Assembly (NCBI GenBank): GCA_002633005.1
Contig: NMRA01000002.1
Span: 889,278 to 953,277, forward strand
Source: Phoronis australis
Taxonomy: Eukaryota > Animalia > Phoronida
Length of the DNA: 64,000 nucleotides
Reading direction: 5' to 3'
Shown here: piece after piece, positions 23,276-36,382 of the stretch
How the letters are laid out: every line of letters begins with the position of its first letter
Numbering within the stretch: position 1 is the stretch's first letter
Made by a program: the position numbers and the translations under genes
Notes under the pieces: model-generated
What the model was told of the DNA's origin: nothing
Database searches by the model: none
The model's input: only the letters and a program-made list of their open reading frames with translations

Positions 23276-26200
23276 GATTGTAAGGCTCACGTCCACATGT
23301 CGATACACAGGGAACAACAGGAAGATAATAGATACCGCGTGACGTAAGTTGATTTGCAAAGTGTTCTCCGACATCTACGCTTATCTCCCAACCGTAACTC
23401 GGGACCGTCAAGATACCATTGGTAACCTTTTGGTCATGTTCACTTCACCGATCAGAGCTCTTTTTAAGATATTGCATAAATTTTAGGGTTGTAAATCAAA
23501 ATATTTTGGCACAAGACAATAAAATTTTAACCACACCTAAGACCCTTATTCACTGTTCATGGTTAGATAAAATGTTATGATTTGTTCAATACAGTGTTGA
23601 AGCTTGCGTGTATTGTGATTATTGATCTGAATTATTATTTTCAAGTACCGGCCTGAAACCAGTGAATGGCATGAGTAGTATCATTAGTTCTCGCGTGAAC
23701 TGGAATGTGTTACGATACGACTGGTTAATAACACCGATTACGTATTTTTGATATTTCATGGGTGAGTCACAAAGTAATGCAAAGTAGTGTGTCATACGCC
23801 TTACATTTTATCGTCTGAAAAACACTAATACCAGCCACCAGACTCAGCACCGCAATATTTTTAGTATTTTAACCTTCATCTCAAACACTGGAGACATTAC
23901 GCATCGATTTTTTGTGAAGATTTTTGTGCTTTGACAGCGAGCTCGCTCGAGCAGGGCACTGTAAAAGCTGTGAGAAAAAAGAATAATTACTTAATATGAT
24001 TTGTTGAGCCCCTGTTTTGTGTAAATTTATTTAGTTTTGTGACTGTTTGATATGGACGGCTAAAGTGAGACGCCCGTGGAATTCCTAGTCCCGAGTGTCA
24101 TACCTATATATATATATATAATAGGTAGCAGACCTTCTTTTATACATGTTTCATTGAAAAGTGAGCTGTTGTTGGCCTTAGATAGCTTGGTCAACAAACT
24201 TTCATATTGTCTACATACATGTCTTTCTTCAGATATCACTAACTTTTGCTTTCTGAAGAAACGAGTTTAGGTCTAAACTTTTATGGAAAGTCCTACACTG
24301 CAACCAGTGTGATGAGCTGTCCACAATACTTTCAAAGCCACGTGATAGATATTCGCCCAATTACAATACGCAAAAATGTATAACTTTTGGTAAAAGCCTT
24401 CAGTACTAAATTATCCACAGCAACTGTAAAGGGTCCATATTCTAAAACCTTCGTCTGTATAGTGTAAAAATTCTTTTGAATCATTGAAATTATTTCTCTA
24501 ATTGCTTAACAAGTCATTTATATAAACTCTCTGGTTCATTTCCTGCATTGGTGTTACACTTTGTTAATTTTCGCATTTTGGTAACACTCTTGGTGTTCGG
24601 AATTTTTGAACCAGTCAGGTAGCCGAAAATGATGATTACTTATCAATTAAATTATTTATCTAATTTGCTTCTGGTATAATCATCCAAAAACTGACAATGA
24701 GCTTTCTAATGATATGGCCAGAGTAAGTTGCGAAAAGTTTTAATCAACGTAAATAAAACAGCAAGTACACTCACTGGAGCAAACAAATGCAAACAACTCT
24801 CACGTGCATGTATAGGCAACACCACCTCAGCGGCAGCGGGATCGGACTTGACATTCCAACTCAAAGAGGCCACGCGGTGAGATTGAATTGCTGTGCTGAC
24901 TCAAGGCCAATACAGTGGTCACGCACGGGGAAGTCCTGCTGACTGTGTTATTTATAAACATTAATAATTTTGTAAAGTTTTAGTGTTACAACTTCAAAGA
25001 GTATTTGTTAGATTCTAACGTTTGTTACGAAAACTACTTGCAGTTTAAAACTGTTAAGTTCATAATAAAATTAACCTGATGGAAGGCGGAGCCTTGGTTG
25101 AGGACAAAAGCCAACAATTATTGTTAAAAACTCTGACTATTTCCATTACTTTCACGACCAAATAGACTTATTGATATATGCCCTTTTCGTGTTCTCTAGA
25201 TCCATCTGCTGGGATACTTTGTTATCTAGCCTTTACGGCTTGTATACGGGGTGTAACGGTATTTTGTCAATATGACCTAGGATACTTTTGGATACTTTTT
25301 AATGACAAGCAAGCGCAAATTGAACGTTTAACATAAAATCAGTCATTAGTCTGACGATTGAGTTGACAATTTACCCACTCTGGCCGTTTTATTTTCAACT
25401 TCGGTTCCTGTCTGTGCTGGACATTTTGAATATTGCGGTAAGTCTTTATGCTTGTTTTCTCGGAACCAGACGTTTTCAAGAGTCACGAGATACAATTTGA
25501 CCGATATGTAAAAAGGCGAAGAGCTGAACGCAGAATCCATTTGCAAAGTTAATATGCTGTGACTGAAAATTCGAAAGTAAAATCAAAACGAGACTTTTCA
25601 GCAATCTGAACGCCATTTTTCCAATCCACTCAAGAAGGTTACTAATTGTTACAGCCGTACGAAAATCATTTTTGAATTTTGTGACAAACTGCGGCAAAAA
25701 GGTCGATGCATTGCTTTGAGTGCAGGCCCACAGTCAAAAGCGATTTATTTCACCGCCCCTGCTCTGCCAGCCTACCTCACTGCTTAAGATACTTTGACGT
25801 TTTTATTAACTATGCAATTATAATGGCGGCTTGCAGTAGTTTCTGCCTTGTTTTGATAGTGACAACAAGATTTTTCGTCTACACCTAGGCGGCGCTTCCC
25901 TGCGTGTCCGCTAGGGGCTAGTGAACACGTAGGTATCATTTAAATTTCATCGGGAATTATTTTTACACCGGCGTTTCTGTTTGGCTGGTCGAATTCTTAA
26001 AAGCTGGCGGTCTACGTAAACAAACTAGTATGACTGATGGAAGAAGTGTAAATGTGGATATAGTTTGTGGTCTGTTGTACACACAAATCGGTGCTTAATT
26101 CATGTTCAAGAAATGTGAATCAGAAAGTTGTGACTGTGCCTTTTCGGAGTGCATTTTTCTACTGTCGATTACTTTTGTTTACGTTGCTGTCCCGTTGTAT

Positions 26201-27265
26201 TCACACAGCATGAATAACACACCGGATAAATCTGCTAGATGTGTGTGCATTGTACGTACTTCAAACACGCGGCTATTAAACATTACTGTAGAAACAAAAT
26301 ATTTGATGCCACGCCACTTGCATGACAAAGCTAAAAATCGTTCACAGTCCGTCACCTTGTCCTTGTTGTAAAAGTAACCAGTGCTGCCGATGTTACGTCA
26401 ACCAGTGACAAAACGCGTGCTCAGTACTGAATGACACCTGCGTGTTCTCTGCCCCCGAGCGGACACGCAGGGAACCAGAAACACTGGTATCCGCTATTTA
26501 CAAAATATAACTGTCTTTACTTTACATTGCACAAGCACGTTTTTACAGAAGTTGTGTCATGTGGATGGAAGTTTTACACACCTCGAATTTTTCGGCAAAG
26601 TGATCGTTTTTACGGTTCATGTGAGAAAATAAATAGGCAAGCCTCGGGATTTTGACGAAGTTTACGAGAAGTTTTGCTCATGTCATAAGCCTGAGACTCG
26701 TGTAGGAGTTCTTAATATGAACGATAGGCCTAGTGTGCTAGAATAATCAGGAAAGAGATGGTATTTTGAACCCGTCGAAAAGAATGTAATACATTTAGAA
26801 TACTAAGCGCGGTTTTGAAGGATATCATTTACAGCTTGATAATTTTCGAGAGGTCAAGAACTCAAAATAATGCATCGGAACAATCTTCAACCTAGAACGG
26901 ATTGAAAGTGGCTTGCTAGAGCTCTTTGCGAAGCATTGTTCTTATTGCGAGTTCAACTCGACGGTTGAGGTGCTTGCGCTCTTGCAGTGGGACACTGAGG
27001 AAGCGTTCTAGCTGAACAAATTTTGTTTGGTTTCACAGGCGAACTGCTAATTACTTATATGTATGTGCTTAAATGCCAATTTTGGAAGAATTTTTTAAAA
27101 CCCAATCGTGGCTCGATGTCTGATTGACTAGTTTCGATTCGAGTTACGTGTGCTGGTCACGACCCCGGGGGAGTACATGTATATAATGTTTTAAGAGGAT
27201 TATGTTAACTCCCTTTGTTTCTAACACAGAATAAAAATAAGCTGCAGAAGAACAACACGTGCTAT

Positions 27266-27271
27266 TTTATT
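27266..27271 (-). promoter_or_regulatory. Candidate polyadenylation signal of astacin gene 1
   Basis: AATAAA on the minus strand about 100 nt after the stop. Confidence 0.5.
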
Positions 27272-27369
27272 TTCATAACCCAAATGTGAGACAACACAAT
27301 TATGAAATCATCTACTGCAGGCATTACCGCAATGTGTGAACTCAAGGTGTTGAAAACTTCACAGAGGTT

Positions 27370-28389
27370 TTAACAGACCCGACACGATTTCTTACAATTA
27401 GCCAGCATGTATGCCGGATTCGCCTGGCACTCGGATGGATTACGACTTGCCCACGCGCTGCAACTCGCGTGTTGGTCGGTGCACCCTGTCCCGCTGCACA
27501 GGTTGCAAGACTTTCGACAATTTTGGTGCATGTAAGCCGGGTTCCGCTGACACTCTGAGGGATTACGACTGGCCCAAGCACCACAGTTGGCGTGTTTATC
27601 GACACAGCTGGTACCACCACCACCACCACCGGTTGTTTTTCCATTACATTGATACATGGCATTAATCTTGTAGATGTCGGTGGCAGTAAGATCCTTTCGT
27701 TGCCCAATGGCAGACACGCTGACGCCATGTTTCGGAACCAATGTGTGACCTCCATTTTTGCTAAAAGCTTTCGATCCGTAATGCATGAGGCTGCCGTAGT
27801 CGTATTTTGTACCATATGTGAGCGCACCTTTTGCTACATAAAAAATGCCTTTCGCGTCGTCTTTGATGTTTTGCCAGTTCACGGTAATGTAGGAGTCGCG
27901 ATCTGGACGGGATTGTTCGTGGTGGAAGCCTATGGCATGCATCATTTCATGGACGACTGCCCCAAATTCATTGATGCACCAATCAGGCAGGTTCATTTTC
28001 TGGGCTCCACCGATCTTTCCTACAAAACTATTGCAACCTTGGTCGTTTGGTTTTGTTATTAGAACGTAATCTCTTTGATTAGTTCTCGGAACAAATTTAA
28101 TGCATGTACGTTGATGATAATGGCCGAAAACTCTCTGCAGGATACTATGTGCGTTAGCAGGCATGTTTCTATCGACGACGTACGGAATAACACCGTTTGG
28201 CCAACGGTTTGATCGGTGTTCGATACCGTTACGCTTCTTAGGAATAAGGATGTCATTGGCATACTCATCAGCGTTTCCTCCTTGTGCAATAAATTCTTCT
28301 GGAGTTAGTTCTTGGTTATTGAAAGGCAATGAACTGACATCCACAGCAACGAAGGAAACCAATACGTAGACGAAGACAGCCAGCCACAT
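27370..28389 (-). CDS. Secreted astacin-family (M12A) zinc metalloprotease with two C-terminal ShK domains, 339 aa, intronless CDS (gene 1)
   Basis: ATG at 28389 starts signal peptide MWLAVFVYVLVSFVAVDVSS; KKR/NG activation site; WPNGVIPY; HEMMHAIGFHHEQSRPDRD; Met-turn SLMHY; Gly linker; two six-Cys ShK repeats. Confidence 0.93.
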   Translation of the reverse strand: MWLAVFVYVLVSFVAVDVSSLPFNNQELTPEEFIAQGGNADEYANDILIPKKRNGIEHRSNRWPNGVIPYVVDRNMPANAHSILQRVFGHYHQRTCIKFVPRTNQRDYVLITKPNDQGCNSFVGKIGGAQKMNLPDWCINEFGAVVHEMMHAIGFHHEQSRPDRDSYITVNWQNIKDDAKGIFYVAKGALTYGTKYDYGSLMHYGSKAFSKNGGHTLVPKHGVSVSAIGQRKDLTATDIYKINAMYQCNGKTTGGGGGGTSCVDKHANCGAWASRNPSECQRNPAYMHQNCRKSCNLCSGTGCTDQHASCSAWASRNPSECQANPAYMLANCKKSCRVC

Positions 28390-31226
28390 CTTAATGATTG
28401 GGAGATCTCGGCCCGAATGTACCCACGAATACACATAGACTCAATTTAACACAGTGTACGTAAATGCACGACAAATTATCGAGTGGGAGCCCACACTTGA
28501 GGACCTTTAGATTGACTAACATGCAGGTGACATTTACCACGGTATCACAGGTTAAAATATGCACCCACTTAACCTATCTTGAACTATTGGATTGTCCAGG
28601 CATGATTTCAAGCGCTATGTTTTACGCGTGATCTGATGTTTAAGTTATCCTCCTTCATCTATTAGGGACAAATTTTACAGCTTTACGATTCGCGGAGCTG
28701 CGAAAAAGTGTGAAAGCGAGTTTTGAATTTCCATGAATTGCTTAAAACATACATTGTTCAGAACCAACAACTCAAATGGCGATTTGCCGTCTAAAAGTGA
28801 TCGCCATAATGGCGACGCAAAATACCACAATACTTATAGCCAATTTTATGACTTACAAATTGCATTTGTGCTGTGTGTAATAAATTACTTGAGCTCCCGG
28901 ATTCTCATCTTTGTGCCGACTTCTGATCTCAACCGTGGCCGCCGGGACGTACTGCTCCCCTGCGTCTACCTAGCGTGTTTTGCTTATCAGTATATTTTCA
29001 AAGCGGTAAGGCGGATTTTTAAGTGTGGAAACAACCCTTAATTAAGTCGCGCTTGCTGTTGCATCCGAACTGGTAACTTGTCGCATCGTATTCAAGGTGC
29101 TTCTGCAGTCACGTTGTTGGAATGACGTACCCTGACCTTGTTCAGGCATGGGCTTACAAAGTAATTACGTCCTTTGCTGCAGTTTTTGGAACCTATCACC
29201 GGCCTTGCTTAGTCAGTTGCAAAGTTGCAGACGCATATGTCACGAAAAGAACATGATTTACATCTTCAAACATTTATTGACATCTACAGGAATGCACCAG
29301 AACCTCCCCGTTGCAACCTTGATAGACCACATCCCTGTTCGTAACTGCCAAATGAGACCTGTGCCGCCTTAGAAAACACGTAACTATAGTAATCTTCAAC
29401 GTAATTTTAATTAAATCTTACAAAGTCGAAACTTTGATTTTTCATTAACAATGTTTTTCCAACTCTGCACTTCTCTATGTACAAAAATCTTTTTACACAT
29501 GGAGAACATTTGCAGATAGAAGAACAAAGCATGATCGTTAAAAATTGAGCAAATCTTAAAAATATTGAATAAACCTACCGCCATCCAATGGTTGAAGCCC
29601 TCGATACGCTCACAAAAATAGTTTATGTATGTATGGCCACTTGTAGATGATTTTTTTAATGGCAAAGGAAAAGGCTAGAGTGATACCATAAAATTTCCGA
29701 AATCAGAACTAATGTTTTGAGCAGAAAAGGTAGAGAAAGTAATTGCAAAAATTTCGAGGCAATAATGGTGCAATAACTGCCGCTCTATACGTTACGAGTT
29801 GTTTGCAGTTGAAATGGCGATAATCTTTCCAAAAGTTTGTTTGAGTAACTGCAAGAAGGTAATACATAGTTTGGTAGTGCCAATACTTTGAGTTATTCAG
29901 TAAACGGGGTTAACCAAATGTGTAAAAAAAAACTTCAAATAAAACAATTAAATGACGCAAATTATTATCATGAAAACTCACTTTTATTTAAGGAACGTAC
30001 TAGTCGATTTGACTTTAAAGGTGCTTTTTTAACAGTTTGGGATATTGTACTAACTCCGAAATGCAGTTTAAACCTTTTCAATCAATTTTTAAAAATACGA
30101 CATTAAACGTAAAAGCAGCATTTCAAACTTGAATAAATCAATTTAACGGCGATGCATCGCCTAGTTGAAGATATCACTGAGCTCCAAATGTTCCATTGTT
30201 TTATCTTGTACTAACTTGCCGTAAAAAGGGGTTCCATCAAAAGCACGAAACAATACAACGGTTCTCAAAGAATGCGCTGGACCTTTAACAATTCTTCCAG
30301 CCGGAAGTGCAGCAGTGTGATCACCCACACATTGCATACATCTGGCTGAGTAGCTGTTGGAATGATTTTTCTATCCAATTTTTGGAACTTTTGCTTACGT
30401 CAACGGTAAATTGTTACGTAACGAGGCTGAGACTGACAAGCTGCGCACAGTTAACGGAATGGTTGAAATCTGGAACAGTGATATGCGAGAGAACTAGACG
30501 TTACTTGGACCGTTTGACGTTTTCAGAACATGTTCGGTGCGTTAATCCTGCCAGGTTGAGGAACTGTTTTAAATTGTGAATAAAAATTGATTAAAAAGGT
30601 TTAAGATCCGTCTTCAAAATCTTCAAAAAGTTAAAATGCTCAAACGCGCCTGTTCCATCTCATCTTTTCAAAAGGAATATTAAATCATTTGGGCAAATTT
30701 ACGTTTGACATTCCCCAAACTAAGACTCAGTTTCGCTCCTGCACCGTATGTATCGTAAGCCTACATTCAATATGCTTTCTCATTTGGTTTTTGATCTTTT
30801 GTCTTACTTTCAGTTCAAAACATATCCATAGAATCGATATGCTCGAGACTAAAAACATGAGAACTTGTACCAAAATATCTTGTTTACAGTACTTACTAGA
30901 TCAAAAAGACAGTGACATTTATATTCTCATCACACAAACAGTCACCTCGAATGACATGTTGTATTCTGAAAAAGCCAATGATAAATGTCATGCATCTCAG
31001 TCTTTTTCGACTAAGTACATCAAGTTCTGACAAATAGTTACAAAATTACTGTAAGAATACATTGCAATATTTCTTGGAAATTAGAGGATTTTCGATGAGG
31101 ACTGAAGCCATTACCACCAATAATGTATTACTCGTGTGATAATATCGGGGGGGCGCTTCCGGTGAAAGTGTCGGCTAGGCGTTACACCTGCGCTCGTGTT
31201 TTACAAAAACGGCCATAATCATTATA

Positions 31227-31902
31227 CCAATGAGAAATTGATCTATAGGTCACGTGAGCACTGAAGAAGTAGTACGCTCTTAATTTTACGTTCGTTATTT
31301 TACGCTCGAATTTTTGCTTGTAAGGTTAAGTTTCGTAATTTTACGCTCGTACTTTGAATGTGTTTTGAAGTAATCAAAAGGCAATATCTCAGGTGCAGAG
31401 CACAGGTATCAGTTTTGAAGAATGACTGGATATTTTTTACTTGCTGCCATAGCCAACTCAGGCATTTGAAAGTGGTCCGTTTTAGTACATGCTGAGGTGC
31501 CAAAATGAATATCCAGCAAATTGTCTGAAAATGGTTTTATTTTGTTTGTTAAAATTACCATTCTTTTTCAACATTTAGGCCAAGTTTCATTCTCTTGCTC
31601 CAACACTGCGTGCAGATAACATGACCTTGGAAAAAAGCATAGGTTCAAAACGGTTTCGGGGGTTAATGTAGTAGAATTGCTAAATGTTGGTGGTAAATCA
31701 TTCATTCGTTATTCAAGACATTTGAATAACAAACCATTTGCAAAAGAAAAACAATAACTACGTATTAGTTTATTGATTGGTGGTCTGGTGGACTGGTACT
31801 TAAATCTAAGAACTACTTACTAAAGTTACGAGCGTAAAATTACTAGCGTAAAATTCCTTCAGAGCTTACGTGAACTATAGTTACTAAAAAATTTCTCAAT
31901 GG
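31227..31902. mobile_element. MITE with about 80-bp diverged TIRs
   Basis: CCAATGAGAAATT..CTATAGGTCACGTGAGCACTGAAG..TTTTACG matches the reverse complement of 31822-31902; subterminal TTTTACGCTCG repeats. Confidence 0.65.
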
Positions 31903-32335
31903 ATATACATGTAACAATTTCGTAATTACAGGTGAACGATTTCGGTTATAATTGCGAGCGTAAAAACTGGCGGCACTTTCTCCCGAACGACCTACGATAT
32001 GCGTGTGCACCTAAATGTGTGCACGTCCTGGCATGTAAGGAACTCTATACCCTCAGCCAACCTGAGATCGAGAACGCCCGGAAGGCGATCGAGAACGAAA
32101 TTTGGCGCGAGTAGCGAAGCCAGGCAAGGGGAGTAAATTTGATGAATATTCATTTTTTTACTTCCAATGTGAAAACAGAGACATGAGTTCAAGGCGGGAA
32201 TGTAGCGGTTTAGGCCAGTCTCTCTTCCAATTATTGGAGAAAAGTTACGTTGACCGAGACATCGAAGGTTATTTGTATGTCATTTTTTGCAAATTGCGGT
32301 TATTTTTGGCCCTAAATCAATAAATTAACTATTAA

Positions 32336-34812
32336 AGACCTGGTCGCACGTGTGTTAATCCTTATTACATGGTTAGAGGATGTTATAAGGATCCAAGAAG
32401 TACCTACCCCATAACTAATACACAATCCGTACCCGAAAAAAAGTTTAAATGAACGCGCCACTCACGATTCGCACCCGAAGAACCACCGCCATTTTGAACT
32501 TGACGCGAACCCGGAAGTACAATTCATTCAGGAACCCAGGCCGAGAAAACGCCGTCAGTGCGAACGGAGCAGTGCCGGCAAACGGGGATAAAATAATCGA
32601 CAGTGCGCCTTAGTTTTAATAAAATCAAAATACGGACAACTTTATCGCATTTGCTGAAGAAATGTGGCGAATAAATTTTGACAGAAATTATTTTGCCAGA
32701 CTCGGGACCGCAGCCTATCGGACCCCGTGCGGATCGAGACGAGACACTGGCGAACGGTAAATGCATGCGGTTGCAAGCTGTTTTGTCGAAGTAAAATGTT
32801 CAAATCATAAATGCCGCATATATTCAAAGGTAGTTTCAGACACTTGCATGAAATTACGGGCTGGTTAGTCCTGTGTCATACTGCCGCGGCAGACCTTAGC
32901 TAACCTCAGTGCCAGCTACCAGTGAAGACTATCGTCAAAATACAGCTTGTTAACTGGTCGATGGCCACAGCGCTCGCTCAAACGAGGTTTATTTAGAACT
33001 TGGGTACTTCTGGCGAATTGTGCAAAGTTGTTGGCTTTCAATAGAGATTTGCCCAGACCTCAGATATATTTAGTCTGTCTGAGCCCAGACTTTGTATGAG
33101 CGCACCAAGCCTAAAATGATGGGGGGCTGGAATTTTTGGGAATGTCTATCTTTTACTATAAGATTCACTGGGTATGTTCAGAGCTATGAATTGCAGACGC
33201 TAAATTTTAGTACTTCCTGTCTTCTAGTGGAATATTGTCTCATTTTCTACTTTTTTCGGAATTCGTGCTTCTTTGACGTTCTCCAGTTCTCCAAATAGAG
33301 GGCTTGTTCGAGCACATAAGAATGACAAGTCCAATACAAAATGTTATCATTTTTTATTCATTAACCCAAAATAATTCAAACTTTTAACGTAATAAGTAAC
33401 TTAAAATGCACAATACTTTACAACATTTAGCATTACAAACGCTATTCAACAGCAACAGTTTCCATGATATGAAAGTGGACATACATGTAAATATTACCAT
33501 GGTGACGTAATAGTGTTTCCTTACACCAGAATTTGACAAGCATGATTGAAAAAATATGAAGTTGCAAGGAACAAGAATTGGAGGCTTGAAGCTTCACAAT
33601 CCAACATAGCTTATTTCCCCAATTAAGATTATTCATATTGTTGACTTGATAACCTGAATTAAGAAGCAATAAGTTACAAAACATGACTTGAAAGCAATTG
33701 AGACTTAAAATTTAGAAAAATATGAATGACACCGAATCAATCCTTGAACAGCAGTTGACATTCAAACAAAAAAAAACATCTCAAAATTATTTCAACTATT
33801 TTTTTAGCTTAGTGTAAGATCACCTGAATGGGAAATTCACAGTAAAATAATTCGCATATATATTATATTTTTTGCACAAAAAACACGAAAATTGAACAAA
33901 GTTCCTTTTTGTAGCAATGTTTGTCAAAATGTATCAACGTTAAATCTTCACAAGTTACAAAGTAGCCGATTGAACATGCCTTTCAGTTCAGCAAAAGTCG
34001 CCATGTTGTCGGTGCCGCCAGAAATGAGACGAAGTCCAACGGGAATTGTGAGCACATTTATCACTTAATGAAGTAACAGCTGCGAGGCTGAAATTTGGTG
34101 AACACTGTTGAATCGTGCAGAATAGTAAGTAAATATATGTCTAACTAAATTTCACCGTAATTTGTTGGCGAAAACAATTTACACAGTGTTTTAAACTCGT
34201 AACTTATCCCACTGTCCTCCAAAATGGCCGACGCGATCCAAACAAAGTGACCCAAATTTCGCCACAAAAGTTGCAATAACTTTACCCTGCTTGCCCCGAT
34301 TTTGATACTTTTTCAATTTTCACTTAGTAGAATCCACTACCTTTCCGATGATAGCAAAGTACTTTTTCAAAACGAGAAAAAAAATCAAAACGAAAAAATT
34401 GGTTCGACCCATATTGGTTCCTAGGTTCGAAGGGCCTACGTAAGGAACTAAACACCAATGCTATTTTAACATACTAAGTACGCGTAACATTCCAAAAAAA
34501 TTCAACGACCACTAACCACAAACTATAAATACTCTACATATGCAAACGAATCACGAGATATTACTAATTAAACAAAATAATGAAGACTTTTCGAGCAAGC
34601 GATAGCACATTTAGTTACAAGGAAAAAATGGCGGCGTTCAGGACAAGTTCCTGAACTGATGAGCCGGAAATGTGGGTACCGAAATAACCGATGACAGCCG
34701 GTAATTATACGCTCACGGAGAAGGGTCAAATACTGTTAAAAAATCTCTTTTGGCAAGAAAGGCGAAAAGAATATAAAGAAAGGGTGTCGAAAATAAGATT
34801 TTATGTAGTAAG
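32336..34812 (+). mobile_element. Kolobok-like family A, second copy, right terminus lost
   Basis: TTAA 32332-32335 then AG; 32347-32577 matches 5627-5857 and 34154-34812 matches 6626-7283; the last ~45 bp including the TIR are missing. Confidence 0.8.
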
Positions 34813-35920
34813 CTGTTACTTCATTAAGTACAAGGGGTTCTAGACTGAAGACTCACCCAGGAGTTGTTCCATGTGGCGTGTCAGCCACGGATAAACAAAT
34901 TGTTGCAGCAGATGAAAGTCAGTGTCAAATATTCTTGAAAAATTGTGACAGCAAAAGGAAAAAAATAGCCAGTGAAGTCAAAAAATTATCCTAAGCTTGA
35001 CCATGGGGAGAGAGAGGAGTGCTGCGGGAACATCATTCAGGAGATGATTAAACAATTTCCAATCAATGAAATTATGGGATTTAAAAAATGCCACAAGTTG
35101 TGTAAACTGATGTGCTGATAAAACCGGTGGGATTTTTCTTGATGTTTTACTGATAACATCGATGCAGAAATGAACAGATTGACTTGTGGCTTGAATGTGC
35201 GTTGTGTTTGACTCTTCTGTTTTGTAGTTTTTGTTCTAAGTTCACCGTGCATCTTCAGCTCATGAACTCCAGTTTAGTGTGACATTGAAAATATTGAGAC
35301 AGTTATACACGTACTATGTTGTGATTTTCTCAAAACGTAGTCAACATGTTGTCTTTAACATCACTTCAACTACACATTGTAATGGTTAACACAGGAAATC
35401 AACAACAATATTTAATAGCCATTCTATTATAATATTAATTTTTTATGACACATACCTCAAAATTGGTCCCACAAAAATATGTAAAATATTGCTTTAGGGA
35501 AATTAACATTACAAATCCATTGAACATTTCCTAAAAATTACTTTTGAAATGTATTAGACTAAATCATCACTGAATCACACACAATGTATTTCGGACTGAT
35601 TGATAGTATAACAGTCTCTCACAGGAAGTCAACAACAATATGAAAGCAGTTTCTACAATAATCATAGACATACATTCTTAAAATACTGATTGGTCAAAAC
35701 AATTGTATGTAAGTATTGCCCAATTACACTCAGTATGGCAATTTAAATCTACCTAAACACTACAAAAATGCACTGGTTCTGTTAAAGATCCTGTTGAAAT
35801 AACACAAATACAGAAAGAAATTGAGGAAAAAAAGGTTCAAAACAAAACGTCAAAATACTATCACATCAGGCAAGTACCAACCATAAACTCTGCAAACCTG
35901 AATAAACTATGGTGGCTTAC

Positions 35921-36382
35921 CAGCCTTCACCACTGGACTTAATGATTTCATTCATGACGTTTCTGCTTGCTATGCCCGTAGAAGGAGGCAAACTGTTTGC
36001 ATGACATGCCACATTCATCACAAAAAGGAGTGTACTCGTGCTGTGACGCAATGTGTCGCACCAGGCTCACTCTTTTCGTCAAACATTGATCACAGATGGG
36101 ACAATCAGCGAATCGACTTGGTTCCTGAGCACGATGCTTCATGTTGTCTAATCCCATTCCGGTAAAAAACTCTCATCCAACGCGTCAATCACAGGGCTGA
36201 TAAAGGTCTTGCTTGCTGTGGTGTCACTGTGTTTCATTGCCATGTGATCATACTAAGTCGATTTCTTTAGTTCCTGAACGAAGCTCCACAACACACACAT
36301 GCACTCCGTTGTGACATGCAGCAGTTGTACTACTCTTTTTTGAAGGCAAGGACTTTAAAACCCTGAAGGACTCGTCGTGTGG
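35921..36382 (-). pseudogene. Degenerate C2H2 zinc-finger exon
   Basis: CPICDQCLTKRVSLVRHIASQH and CDECGMSCKQFASFYGHSKQKRH; upstream broken finger CVCCGASF..(frameshift)..KKST*YDHMAMKH; acceptor TTTTTCATTTGAACTGTAG and donor GTAAG bracket it. Confidence 0.6.

Noticed and set aside
27342-28369. Alternative-frame and antisense ORFs over the astacins (also 38768-39229, 44400-44918)
   Set aside because: Shadow ORFs of the real coding frames.
28390-28434. 15-codon N-terminal extensions of genes 1 and 2 in the ORF track (also 39239-39283)
   Set aside because: They begin at GTG; the downstream ATG-TGG starts a signal peptide and aligns across paralogs.
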